Source: Candidatus Nomurabacteria bacterium (GTDB lineage: Bacteria > Patescibacteriota > Saccharimonadia > Saccharimonadales > CAIOMD01). From it: a DNA stretch of 64,000 nt. The translations under genes and the position numbers were made by a program. The DNA is taken from positions 243,538 through 307,537 of the forward strand of contig JACKGO010000001.1 in assembly GCA_020631975.1 (NCBI GenBank), given 5' to 3'. Below are positions 9,323-18,670 of the stretch, piece by piece. The notes below the pieces were generated by a model that searched no databases, was not told where the DNA came from, and saw only the letters and a list, made by a program, of their open reading frames with translations. Numbering within the stretch: position 1 is the stretch's first letter; each line of letters opens with the position of its first letter.

Positions 9323-10028
9323 ACGGAACTCCTTCTATTCTTTTTGGGAGTGACCGCGAATCTTGCCATGCTTTTGGTAGCATCTGACTCGGTGCCCAGG
9401 TTTTAATAATTTTATTAATGTCGGTACCCTGCTGATATTTTCCGCTAAAGCCACCGTTACGGGCTTCGCCGTAACTACCATCTACTGGGCCCGTATCATG
9501 AAATATAATTTGCCCTATGCGTTCACCCACAGGTATAAGTACTGTTTCGTGTTTATTAAGGTTGTATATTTCTAGGGTTAACCGATTAATATAACCAGGG
9601 TCTATCCAGCCAGCGTCAAAGCATACCGCAATACCATTACGGCCCCAACTAGAGCGGCTTTTAAGCTCGCACGCCCCAGGCGGTTTAATACCAAAAAACT
9701 CATGACTATGGGCTAAAATACGCTCGCCTGGTTTTAATGCAATCACCGGATGTTCATCTGGAATGTTTTTTACTGGCAAAAAACCATTTAGGGTAGCCCA
9801 TTGAGCATGAGGCATGGCCTTGTAAGGCCCTGCAAAATAGCGTTCAACGTCTTCTCTATCAAATGGGTTATATATGGTTCTGGTGTATTGCAACTCAGTT
9901 TTGTAGTAGTGATAGCCAAGTGTGATATCTAGACTTGCTTCACTGACATGCTTTGGTTCGTACGGCGCACAAATAATGTGCCCTTGTTCTATGGCTGCTC
10001 GTATTTGCGTATTACTAAATACACTCAC
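9315..10028 (-). CDS. dcd: dCTP deaminase (possibly bifunctional dCTP deaminase/dUTPase)
   Basis: GWIDPGYINRLTLEIYN trimeric dUTPase-fold motif with a Dcd-like N-terminus. Overlaps the tmk-thyX start by 8 nt. Confidence 0.8.
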   Translation of the reverse strand: MSVFSNTQIRAAIEQGHIICAPYEPKHVSEASLDITLGYHYYKTELQYTRTIYNPFDREDVERYFAGPYKAMPHAQWATLNGFLPVKNIPDEHPVIALKPGERILAHSHEFFGIKPPGACELKSRSSWGRNGIAVCFDAGWIDPGYINRLTLEIYNLNKHETVLIPVGERIGQIIFHDTGPVDGSYGEARNGGFSGKYQQGTDINKIIKTWAPSQMLPKAWQDSRSLPKRIEGVPYE

Positions 10029-10162
10029 TTCATTACCTCGTCACATTATTTTTTGTTTCCCACCGCTTAGTGATTAGTATAGCAAATAGTTGCTAATATA
10101 CTACACACGCTTCTTTTTAAAAAGCGTGTGTATGCACTAATTTTTTATAAAGTGACGGCTAT

Positions 10163-11215
10163 TTAGATTTCTGCAGTATCTATTTTAACGCTTGGGCCCA
10201 TAGATGTCGTAATATATATACTCATCACGTAATTACCCTTTACCGTAGCTGGCTTTGCTGCTTTAATGCTAGCAAATACGGTTTTAGCGTTTGATACAAC
10301 TTTATCAACACCAAAGCTAACTTTACCTATACCAAGATGCACAATCCCGTTGCTGTCTACGCGATATTCTACTTTACCACCTTTGGCTTCTTTGACTGCT
10401 TTGGTAACATCTGCTGCTACAGTGCCACTTTTAGGGCTCGGCATTAAACCTTTTGGTCCTAAATTGCGCGCATATTTACCAAGTTTTGGCATTACGGCCG
10501 GTGTAGCAATTAATACATCAAAGTTAAATAATCCCTTATCTAATTGCTGCAAGAATTCTTCTGCACCAGCAATATCTGCACCTGCTGCTATGGCTTTTGC
10601 TACGTCGTCTGCTTCTGCAAAAACAGCTACTGTTACTTTTTTGCCTGTACCTTCTGGTAGAACAATACTCGCCCTAATATTCTGATCTGCATGTCGTGGG
10701 TCAACCCCAAGTCGTACATGCAACTCTACGGTAGCATCAAACGCAGTAGTGCTTGTAGCTAGCGCTACCTTGGCAGCATCTTGCAAGCTGTAGAGTTTTG
10801 TTTTATCGATAGATTCAATTGCTTTACGGTACTTTTTACCTTTACGCTCAACAAGACTTCTCGTAACTACTTTCTTTTTTACAGGTGTAGTTTCTTCTTC
10901 AGACGCATGGGCTTTTCTTTCTTCTTTCGCTGCTTTTTCTTCTTGCTCTTTTAAGCCTTTGGCGCTTCGCTTACCAGCCTTAGCTGTTTTAACATCTTCT
11001 TTTGCGAGTTCTGCCTCTGCTTCTACAATAACTTCTGCAATTTTTTCGGTTTCTACCAATTCTTCAATTTTCTTGGTAGATTCTTTTGCTGCCTTTGCCT
11101 CTGCAATGGCTTGTTCTATTTGCACAATAGTATTTTTTGCAGTAACACTTAGTTTAAGCTTTTTGGCTTCTGCAAGTAATGCTTCTTTTTTAGATGGTTT
11201 TTTGGCTTCTGCCAT
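10163..11215 (-). CDS. rplA: 50S ribosomal protein L1 with a 110-aa Lys/Ala/Glu-rich N-terminal extension
   Basis: The L1 core begins at ERKGKKYRKAIESIDKTKLYSLQDA. No ATG, GTG or TTG lies near the core start, so the extension is in frame from the distal ATG. Confidence 0.85.
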   Translation of the reverse strand: MAEAKKPSKKEALLAEAKKLKLSVTAKNTIVQIEQAIAEAKAAKESTKKIEELVETEKIAEVIVEAEAELAKEDVKTAKAGKRSAKGLKEQEEKAAKEERKAHASEEETTPVKKKVVTRSLVERKGKKYRKAIESIDKTKLYSLQDAAKVALATSTTAFDATVELHVRLGVDPRHADQNIRASIVLPEGTGKKVTVAVFAEADDVAKAIAAGADIAGAEEFLQQLDKGLFNFDVLIATPAVMPKLGKYARNLGPKGLMPSPKSGTVAADVTKAVKEAKGGKVEYRVDSNGIVHLGIGKVSFGVDKVVSNAKTVFASIKAAKPATVKGNYVMSIYITTSMGPSVKIDTAEI

Positions 11216-11276
11216 AATTATTCTCCTTTGTGGTACAAACGGCTCTATTGCCTCCCACGATTAATATTCCTAGTAA

Positions 11277-11738
11277 CTATCGATGCAAAGGCGCAACACC
11301 AAGCCTGCCAATATTCTTAGCACTTTTTTCGTAAGCTTTATGCAATTGCGCTTGGTAGTAGGCTTCTACTATTTCTTCATATGTCAACGACATAAATTGC
11401 CCATAAGTAGGTTCTGGCTGGATTGCTAAGTAATATTCAATCGCCTGCGCTCTACGTAGAAATTCTGTTTTTTTGCTTTTATCTAATTCGTATGTAGCAA
11501 AACCTATTGCAGTTTGCCGATAGTCTTCTAGTATTTTCTTGTGGTCGATGTCGGGTTGAGCGATTTCTGGTGTGTTAACAACTGTTGTGTCACGCTGCTG
11601 TGGAACATGTTTTGTTAAATTATCTATATCAGTAGGATTTTCTTTCTCTACTCCATCATCGAAGGTGCTAGTATTACTACCATGAAAATGATTGCCTGTA
11701 TATGCTGGGTAGCCTGGTTCTCCTGGTGCGGTTGTCAT
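11277..11738 (-). CDS. hypothetical protein inserted between rplK and rplA (153 aa)
   Basis: Intact ORF abutting the rplK stop; Pro/Gly/Thr-rich N-terminal half and a helical C-terminal half. Confidence 0.5.
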   Translation of the reverse strand: MTTAPGEPGYPAYTGNHFHGSNTSTFDDGVEKENPTDIDNLTKHVPQQRDTTVVNTPEIAQPDIDHKKILEDYRQTAIGFATYELDKSKKTEFLRRAQAIEYYLAIQPEPTYGQFMSLTYEEIVEAYYQAQLHKAYEKSAKNIGRLGVAPLHR

Positions 11739-11739
11739 A

Positions 11740-12168
11740 TTAACCTTCTATCTCCACACCCATGCTGCGTGCTGTACCAGCGACAATTTTTTTAACGGCT
11801 GGTATGTCTGTCGTGTTCATGTCGCCTGCTTTGGCTTCGGCAATTTCAGTTAAAGCTGCATCGCTAAGCTTTTTGCTGACTTTTTCTGTATTGGGGCGGC
11901 CAGAACCTTTTTGAATACCCAACTTAGCACGAATAAGGTCGTCTGTTGGAGTGCCCACGATGCGCCATTCCATAGTGCGGTCATCGTAAATAGTAATATG
12001 CACGGTAAGCATTTGCCCCATGCGGTCTTTCGTTTGTTCGTTAAACGGGTTAATAAAATCCATCATATTAACACCGTGTTGGCCCAGGCTACTACCTACT
12101 GGTGGTGCTGCACTTGCTTGGCCACCTTTAATTTTCATTTTTAAATTGGTTTTTACGGCTTTTGCCAT
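11740..12168 (-). CDS. rplK: 50S ribosomal protein L11
   Basis: MAKAVKTNLKMKIKGGQASAAPPVGSSLGQHGVNMMDFIN. Confidence 0.95.
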   Translation of the reverse strand: MAKAVKTNLKMKIKGGQASAAPPVGSSLGQHGVNMMDFINPFNEQTKDRMGQMLTVHITIYDDRTMEWRIVGTPTDDLIRAKLGIQKGSGRPNTEKVSKKLSDAALTEIAEAKAGDMNTTDIPAVKKIVAGTARSMGVEIEG

Positions 12169-12434
12169 ATAGTAAACTCCTTTATAACGAGTTTTCTGCT
12201 GCGTAGTGCGTAAGCGTACTAACTCTCCTTCTTAATATTAGAAGTGCGTAACCGATATATCGTAACAGTTTTAATCTGTTTTGTCTAGGGTAGTTTCATA
12301 CTCACACGCTATAGTACCCATTACCGCAACCTTAGCAAAGTCTTTGTCTGAACGTGCAAGCTCGTTTGCCCAGTTTGCCCATACGTTTATGTCATTAAAT
12401 GGGTCTGTATTTTCGTGTAATACAACCATAATTT

Positions 12435-12980
12435 TTAGACTTTTTTGACCTGGAGGCTGTCTAGTTCTACTGGTGTTTCGCGACCAAACATATTTACAAG
12501 TACCTTAATTTTACCTTTTTGAGTATCTATTTCGCTAATACTACCGTCAAAGCCTTTAAATGGCCCATCAACAATGTTTACTACTTCGCCAACAGAGTAA
12601 TCTATGCGGTGCTTTGGCTGGTCTACACCCATACGTTTTTTAATCTTATCCATTTCGTCTTCGCTCACTGGTGTCGGTTCGGTACCACTGCCGACAAAAC
12701 CAGTCACGTTTGGCGTATTACGCACAACGTACCATGCATCATCAGACAACTTCATTTCTACAAGCACATAGCCCTGAAAAATGCGTTTTTCTACAACTTT
12801 ACGCTTGCCGTTTTTAATTTCTATTTGCTTCTCTTTAGGCACTAATACTTGGAATATCTTATCGGCCATTTCTAGCGTTTCTGCACGCTGCCGAATACTA
12901 ACGGCAACCTTTTCTTCGTAGCCACTGTATGTATGAATCGCATACCACTGGCGACTAGAATCGTACCTATTTTTACTCAT
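12435..12980 (-). CDS. nusG: transcription antiterminator NusG
   Basis: WYAIHTYSGYEEKV NGN domain and C-terminal KOW (VGEVVNIVDGPFKGFDGSISEID). Confidence 0.9.
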   Translation of the reverse strand: MSKNRYDSSRQWYAIHTYSGYEEKVAVSIRQRAETLEMADKIFQVLVPKEKQIEIKNGKRKVVEKRIFQGYVLVEMKLSDDAWYVVRNTPNVTGFVGSGTEPTPVSEDEMDKIKKRMGVDQPKHRIDYSVGEVVNIVDGPFKGFDGSISEIDTQKGKIKVLVNMFGRETPVELDSLQVKKV

Positions 12981-13387
12981 CGTAAAATTATCTCCTTTAC
13001 TACTTTGCTAAATACCAGATCAAGCACTTGCACAAATATGGCAAACACAATCGCAAATGCTATAACTGCCCCTGTTTTACTGGCTGCTTCTCGCTTTGTT
13101 GGCCAAGTAACTTGTTTAAGCTCTCTCCACGATTCTGTAATAAACTTCGGTATAAATCGTACACGCTTCCCTAGTACCCGACCCACTTTGTTATCGGGTG
13201 TTTTAATCGGATGATATTCTTTTGCACCAATACGACGCAATTTGCTCAAAGGGCGATGAATCGTTGCCTTAACCTTTGCAGATTTTTTAGGCTTACTTTT
13301 TTTAATTGATCCCTTTTCTGCCCGCTCACGTACCGTTTCTGGCATTTTTTTCTTACGTGGCGCCTTAGCTTGCTTTTCGGTTGCCAT
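12977..13387 (-). CDS. secE: preprotein translocase SecE with a basic N-terminal extension
   Basis: C-terminal ELKQVTWPTKREAASKTGAVIAFAIVFAIFVQVLD. Confidence 0.8.
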   Translation of the reverse strand: MATEKQAKAPRKKKMPETVRERAEKGSIKKSKPKKSAKVKATIHRPLSKLRRIGAKEYHPIKTPDNKVGRVLGKRVRFIPKFITESWRELKQVTWPTKREAASKTGAVIAFAIVFAIFVQVLDLVFSKVVKEIILR

Positions 13388-13409
13388 TAAGTCTCGCTCC
13401 AGTCCTATT

Positions 13410-13439
13410 AAAAAAGCCTAAAGTACAATAACTTTAGGT
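13410..13439 (-). terminator. intrinsic terminator upstream of secE (read-through insulator)
   Basis: Minus-strand GCCTAAAGT-TATTGTA-CTTTAGGC followed by TTTTTTAA. Confidence 0.4.
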
Positions 13440-13506
13440 CGTCACTGTCAATATAGCACGTTTGTATCACTCAAGTCAAAGCATAAATCGTGCTAAGCTA
13501 TAGTAT

Positions 13507-15009
13507 ATGCTTGTGCTTGTTTCAACTGCATTTCTTGTTACGAGTATTGTTTTTGAGGCTCTATCATTTTTAAGAGTTGTGCAACAGACGCGTTCTAAAC
13601 ATACATTGCATATACTGGCGGTAGCTACCAATGCGATATCAATAGTATTTATGTTTTTTGTAACGTGGCAATTTGCATTTTTATTGTTGTTTGTATCTTT
13701 GTATCGCTTTATAAATATAGCTAAAAATATTACCGGGCGCTTACCAGAACTGCATTTACGTTCGGTTACCTGGCAATCTTTTGTTGTTTTGGCTACTTTG
13801 CAGCTACTAGTGCTGTGTGGGATATACGTACAACAACTCAATCTTATGCAGGTTAGTGTGCAAGACATAAGTATTGGGGTGGCAATGCTTTCTTTACTAA
13901 GCGCAGTCGTTATATTGTATGCATCGGTAGCTAACATATTACGTAGTAAACCAGTAGCCACTCGTGTGCTGGCAGATTCAGACTTACCTACACTTACTGT
14001 TGCTATTGCAGCCAGAAACGAAACACCAATGTTGGTAGACTGCTTAAATTCTGTTGTTGCAAGCGACTACCCAAAACTAGAAGTACTTGTATTTGACGAT
14101 AATTCTCAGGATACAACAGCAGATATTATTAAGTCATTTGCACAAAATGGTGTACGTTTTATTGGGTGGGAGCATACTCCAGGTGATTGGTTATCTAAAA
14201 ACAGAGCGTATCAAACGCTCCTAGAACACGCGTCTGGCGATTATGTATTTTTTATGGGTGTAGACGTCCGTCTAGAAACGTCATCACTACGTAAAATTAC
14301 AGAACAAATACTTGCAAGAAATGTCTCTATGATTGGTTTAGTGCCTAAAAGAGTAAAAAGCGGGCTGCTTGCTATATCTATACAACCCATGCGCTATTGG
14401 TGGGAAATTGCCCTACCTAATAGATATAAAAAAAGACCCCCAGTTCTTAGTACTGCGTGGATAGCACATCGTGCAGCGCTTATGCAGCTAGGGGGCTTTT
14501 TGTCATATAAACGTAGTATTATTCCAGAAGAGCACCTAGCGCGAAAATTTTTTAAGCAGTCATCGTATGCGTTTGTAAGAACGTCACCCACATTGCAGCT
14601 AACGACTCAAAAAAACTTTATGAGCCAATGGGACACCCAAGTGCGCACTCGCTACCCACACGCTCATCGTCGGCCAGAAACAGTGCTCATGCAAACTCTA
14701 CTACTGCTACTTATTACATGGCCATTTATAGCGTTGCTGTTATGTGTTGTGGCACAGGCTGACCAACTACTCTTACTCCTCATTAGTGCGAGCATTGTCT
14801 TACTTATTACTTCGCATGTTTGTATAAATAGCATTACTAACCCAGTTGCTAACTGGTTTGCACTTATTAACTTTCCTATAGCGATTAGCCTAGATATACT
14901 CGCGCTGCACGTTTCTATGTTCCGCTACGAATTTGCAAAAGTTATCTGGAAGGGGAGAGACGTCGCTCCCAAAAAGCTCGTTGTATATACTGAACTACCT
15001 GCCCTTTAA
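13507..15009 (+). CDS. membrane-embedded family 2 glycosyltransferase
   Basis: Four N-terminal and several C-terminal predicted TM helices flank a GT2 core (LTVAIAARNE, VFDDNSQD, FMGVDVRL, QPMRYWW). Confidence 0.7.
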   Translation: MLVLVSTAFLVTSIVFEALSFLRVVQQTRSKHTLHILAVATNAISIVFMFFVTWQFAFLLLFVSLYRFINIAKNITGRLPELHLRSVTWQSFVVLATLQLLVLCGIYVQQLNLMQVSVQDISIGVAMLSLLSAVVILYASVANILRSKPVATRVLADSDLPTLTVAIAARNETPMLVDCLNSVVASDYPKLEVLVFDDNSQDTTADIIKSFAQNGVRFIGWEHTPGDWLSKNRAYQTLLEHASGDYVFFMGVDVRLETSSLRKITEQILARNVSMIGLVPKRVKSGLLAISIQPMRYWWEIALPNRYKKRPPVLSTAWIAHRAALMQLGGFLSYKRSIIPEEHLARKFFKQSSYAFVRTSPTLQLTTQKNFMSQWDTQVRTRYPHAHRRPETVLMQTLLLLLITWPFIALLLCVVAQADQLLLLLISASIVLLITSHVCINSITNPVANWFALINFPIAISLDILALHVSMFRYEFAKVIWKGRDVAPKKLVVYTELPAL

Positions 15010-16125
15010 TTAGTCTAAATTAGGAAAATATACAGAAAAAGTAGAGCCTTCGTTAACTTCGCTTTGTAAATCTACTTCTGCATGAATAAGCCGTGCTAGC
15101 TTCATGGTTACATAAAGCCCTAGCCCTGTTCCGCTACTTTGGCGTGTACGATAATCTTCGCTTCTAAAAAACTTATCAAATACTTTTTGTTTATCTGTCT
15201 TACTAATTCCAATGCCCGTATCTGTTACGTCAAAACGTACTCCACCGGTTTTTTTATGTGCGCTAATTTCTATAGACCCTGCTTGCGTGTATTTTATTGC
15301 GTTGGTAACAAAATTTTGCAAAATTTCTTTAACATAAAGCTTGCTTGAACGTAACAATTCTAAATGCGGGTCGGCTTTTATGGTTAGTTTTAAACCTTTT
15401 TCTTCTGCCTGGCGTTGGTATGCTTGCTTTAAGTCCTGTAAAACGTCATGTGCATTGATAGCTTCTATTTCTGTGGTGAGTTTGCCGCGCTCGGCGCGAG
15501 ACAATGTCGCAAGATCATTTATCATACCACTCAAGAAAATTATTTGGTCATACGCTGCTTTTAAGGACGTGCTTACAGAATCAGGAACATTACTAGCGCG
15601 ATCAACAGAAAACTGCGCATTGCTTATATTGCCCTCTGCTATCGCTATTGGCGTACGAAGTTCATGACTCACAACAGAAATAAATTCGTCACGTTCTTCT
15701 TCTAGACTTTTTTCTCTGGTGATATCGCGCATTAGTATTACATGGCCACGCTGGCCTCTGATTGCATACCCTAAATGCACTGGTGCAATACTTAAATATA
15801 AATTAATAGTTTCGCCGTTAGGGTACTTTAGGCGGACATCACGCGTTGTAAATTGCGTTCTGGTTCGATCTATCAACTGCTCTACATCAATAATCTGATT
15901 ATTTTTATCTAATAAATGCAATAATGCACGAATTCTTTTACCATTCAGACCTTTGTTAACATCAAGAATGTTCAGTGCCGCACCATTATATATAACCACC
16001 TTCTGGAGCTCATCTACTGCAATTACCGCATCTGCCATGCTGTTTATAAGCGCAGTTAGCCGTTCGTGTTCGAGCGCAGCGGTAGAAGTGTTGGTAGATT
16101 GGTTCTTTTTTGGTGTTGTGCTCAT
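15010..16125 (-). CDS. cytoplasmic PAS-domain sensor histidine kinase
   Basis: H-box SHELRTPIAIAEG and HATPase_c GTGLGLYVTMKLARLIHAEV; no TM segment and no adjacent response regulator. Confidence 0.8.
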   Translation of the reverse strand: MSTTPKKNQSTNTSTAALEHERLTALINSMADAVIAVDELQKVVIYNGAALNILDVNKGLNGKRIRALLHLLDKNNQIIDVEQLIDRTRTQFTTRDVRLKYPNGETINLYLSIAPVHLGYAIRGQRGHVILMRDITREKSLEEERDEFISVVSHELRTPIAIAEGNISNAQFSVDRASNVPDSVSTSLKAAYDQIIFLSGMINDLATLSRAERGKLTTEIEAINAHDVLQDLKQAYQRQAEEKGLKLTIKADPHLELLRSSKLYVKEILQNFVTNAIKYTQAGSIEISAHKKTGGVRFDVTDTGIGISKTDKQKVFDKFFRSEDYRTRQSSGTGLGLYVTMKLARLIHAEVDLQSEVNEGSTFSVYFPNLD

Positions 16126-16148
16126 GCTTAATTGTAATTATACCCTAC

Positions 16149-16862
16149 TTATACATAGAAGGCGTGAACACCTGGCTGTAAGGCTTTTAATTGCTTTCGT
16201 AGCAATATATAGTCTGGCGTGGTACTGGCTACTTCGTCCCAAAATTGCGTACTATGGTTCATGTGCTTGGTGTGTGATAATTCATGCATAATAATGTAAT
16301 CTATGATTTCCCATGGCAACATTAATATATAGCAATTAAATGTAAGTTCTTTTTTGTTAGAACACGATCCCCAGCGTGATCTGAGTGGTTTGCAATGAAC
16401 GCTCTTGTACGAATAGCCAAACTGACGAGCTAAAAAATCTACTCTGTCTGGAATAATCTCTTTGGCTTGTTTATTTAATGCCCTTTTCATCGCTTTTTTA
16501 GTAGCTATTACGTATGCGTCTGTTTGGTTTTGCACGTCTTGTAGCGGTGCATATACATATAAGGTACCTGCCTTGAGCCGCGTGCGAATGGTATCTGAAT
16601 CAACTATTTGCAGTGTCAATCGCTTGCCAATAGCCATTCCGTTCGTAATAGTAATTGGTGCTATTTTGTTACGTTGCTTTACCAACCAAGCAGCGTGCGA
16701 TTTAACAAAGTATACCCCAGCGCTATATGGTAAATAGTACGGTTGCGATACACGCACCTCGCCACTAGAATGTATACGCATAGAAATACGTTTGACACCC
16801 CGTTTTTTTGTTATACGAACGTGTCCAATATCAGCGATATATTCGCTTTTTGTTGTTGCCAT
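16149..16862 (-). CDS. YgjP/DUF45-like zinc metallohydrolase
   Basis: IIMHELSHTKHMNHSTQFW (HExxH...H). Confidence 0.55.
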   Translation of the reverse strand: MATTKSEYIADIGHVRITKKRGVKRISMRIHSSGEVRVSQPYYLPYSAGVYFVKSHAAWLVKQRNKIAPITITNGMAIGKRLTLQIVDSDTIRTRLKAGTLYVYAPLQDVQNQTDAYVIATKKAMKRALNKQAKEIIPDRVDFLARQFGYSYKSVHCKPLRSRWGSCSNKKELTFNCYILMLPWEIIDYIIMHELSHTKHMNHSTQFWDEVASTTPDYILLRKQLKALQPGVHAFYV

Positions 16863-16865
16863 ACT

Positions 16866-17531
16866 TTATTGAATAGATATGTTGCGCCGCGAATAATCTA
16901 CTCTGCCAGCTTGTGCTTGCGCTTTAGACACCAGATTAACTAGTTCTGGTTTGGCAACTTTAAACGCTGCATCGTCACTTTCTGCAACGCCTAGCTCAAG
17001 CAGTTTTCTAACAATAATTGATTTATGGTTAGGGAATAGATGCTTGCCACTTACTACCACGTAATCTTCGTTGCGTGGGTTTTGCATTATGTGTACATAC
17101 TGCTTAAACTGATCAGGACTTAGTACAGATGCATACTTGTCTTCTGCTTTACGTTTATCACGGTTTTTACTGCGTGCCCACGCTGTTTCAATATCAACTT
17201 GTAGCCAAATCATTAGATCTTTTGCATGGTTTTTCTTGGCCAGTTCACGGAGTTCTTTTCTGTCTGCAAATCTACTAACAGACATATCGTAAATTACACT
17301 TTTACCAGCCTTTAAAAATTCTTCTGTCATGTAATTCATCAACTGGCCAATAATCTGAATTTCGGTTTTATCATGACGTGGGTCTTCAAATAGTTCATAG
17401 CGCAAGCGGTCGCTGCTAACTACAACTATGTCTAGCTCGTTGCTTAGATTATGGCTCAACAAAGACTTACCAGAACCTGGTATGCCATACAAATAAATTA
17501 GTACTGGGCGCTTTAATTTCGTTTTTGACAT
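16866..17531 (-). CDS. P-loop kinase/ATPase (AAA_33 / zeta-toxin-like fold)
   Basis: LYGIPGSGKSLLS Walker A near the N-terminus; 221 aa. Confidence 0.5.
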   Translation of the reverse strand: MSKTKLKRPVLIYLYGIPGSGKSLLSHNLSNELDIVVVSSDRLRYELFEDPRHDKTEIQIIGQLMNYMTEEFLKAGKSVIYDMSVSRFADRKELRELAKKNHAKDLMIWLQVDIETAWARSKNRDKRKAEDKYASVLSPDQFKQYVHIMQNPRNEDYVVVSGKHLFPNHKSIIVRKLLELGVAESDDAAFKVAKPELVNLVSKAQAQAGRVDYSRRNISIQ

Positions 17532-17619
17532 CCATTATACGATACCATATTTTAGCCAATTGTTGTAGATGTCGTCTAGAGTAGCGTGCTATAATATGCT
17601 AGCGTAAATTATTCGCATT

Positions 17620-17696
17620 TAGGGGAGTAGCTCAGTTGGTAGAGCACTGGTCTCCAAAACCAGTGGCCGCAGGTTCGAGCCCTGTCTCCCCTGCCA
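17620..17696 (+). tRNA. tRNA-Trp (CCA)
   Basis: Cloverleaf with acceptor AGGGGAG/CTCCCCT, anticodon loop CTCCAAA, T-loop TTCGAGC and an encoded CCA. An extended -10 TGcTATAAT lies 27 nt upstream. Confidence 0.9.
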
Positions 17697-17766
17697 CGTT
17701 TTTATATTATCGCTATTTATGATGCTTTTTCTGGGTATTTTTTTACTACCAGATGCTGTAATGTAA

Positions 17767-18549
17767 TTACCGGCCACCTATTATTTTTTGATTTTTAATA
17801 TCATCTACTTTATGTACAGCTTCTGCTACTGCTTCTGGTGTAGTTTCTTGTGTTTCTATATGGTAGGCGTTACGGAAAGACAAACTGCCCAGTGATTGCA
17901 AAACATTAGTTATTTGCTGTGCTTTGGTAGACTCTACGCCACGTAAGCATAATATTCTGTAGACATTACTTGCAGTCATGCTGCCGGTAAACTCTTTTTC
18001 TACAACTGCGCCACGTGGAAATATACCATAAAAAGCATCTTCTGTTTCTGGTATGCTGCTATGATTTTGGCGTCACATAGCAGTGTGGCTAGTAGCAAAT
18101 ATGTGGGTGCCGGCATCGTAAGACGTTTCTATAACGTTTCTTAAAAAGCTTCTATAGCGGGCAGATTTTGCGTTAGATATTTTTTTACGGCGCCCGCCAG
18201 TATATACAACATAATCTGCATTATCTAGAACAAGCGCTCCATTTTCTTTAGCTTGTGCTAGTTGTGTAACTAATTTTTGAGTTTCTGATCTGCCTTTTTC
18301 GCTAGAACCATTAATATGGCAAATAATCTGTAAGCAGTCTTTACCAAAGCGCAGGCTATCTTGCAACACATCTTCTGCTATATGGCTCTTACCAGCACCT
18401 GGTTCACCTGATAGTAGTAATCCCGTTTCTTCTAGCGCACTTACATAGTCTGTTCTATCATCAAACCACGGCACGTATTGTGCATCGCAATCATTTTGGC
18501 CTTGGCCATACAATAAGCCATAACCATTAAGTTTATTACTATATATCAT
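17767..18549 (-). pseudogene. KaiC/RecA-superfamily ATPase interrupted by an in-frame TGA
   Basis: Walker A LLSGEPGAGKSH and Walker B ALVLDNADYV lie in a 158-codon ORF ending at TGA (18073-18075). The same frame continues without a stop for 31 codons into the 70-codon ORF 17767..17979, giving 261 codons in total. Confidence 0.45.
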
Positions 18550-18670
18550 AGACGGTTTAATACTTGCGCAATTGGTAAATTGCTAGTGTTTAATTTACTT
18601 AAATATTACTATATATTATAACATATTAAAAAGTAGCCTAGGTATACGTTCTATGTGTACTTAACGTTTT

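Noticed and set aside
13476-13961. 161-aa minus-strand ORF at the start of the GT2 gene
   Set aside because: It is antisense to the GT2 N-terminal TM region, is Cys/Thr-rich and has no motifs. The GT2 frame carries coherent TM helices plus the catalytic domain.
17980-18075. UGA recoding (genetic code 4/25 or selenocysteine) as the explanation for the in-frame TGA
   Set aside because: tRNA-Trp has a CCA anticodon. Dozens of conserved genes in the window, including r-proteins, end at ordinary stops with correct lengths. No SECIS-like hairpin was noticed downstream, and only one TGA is affected.
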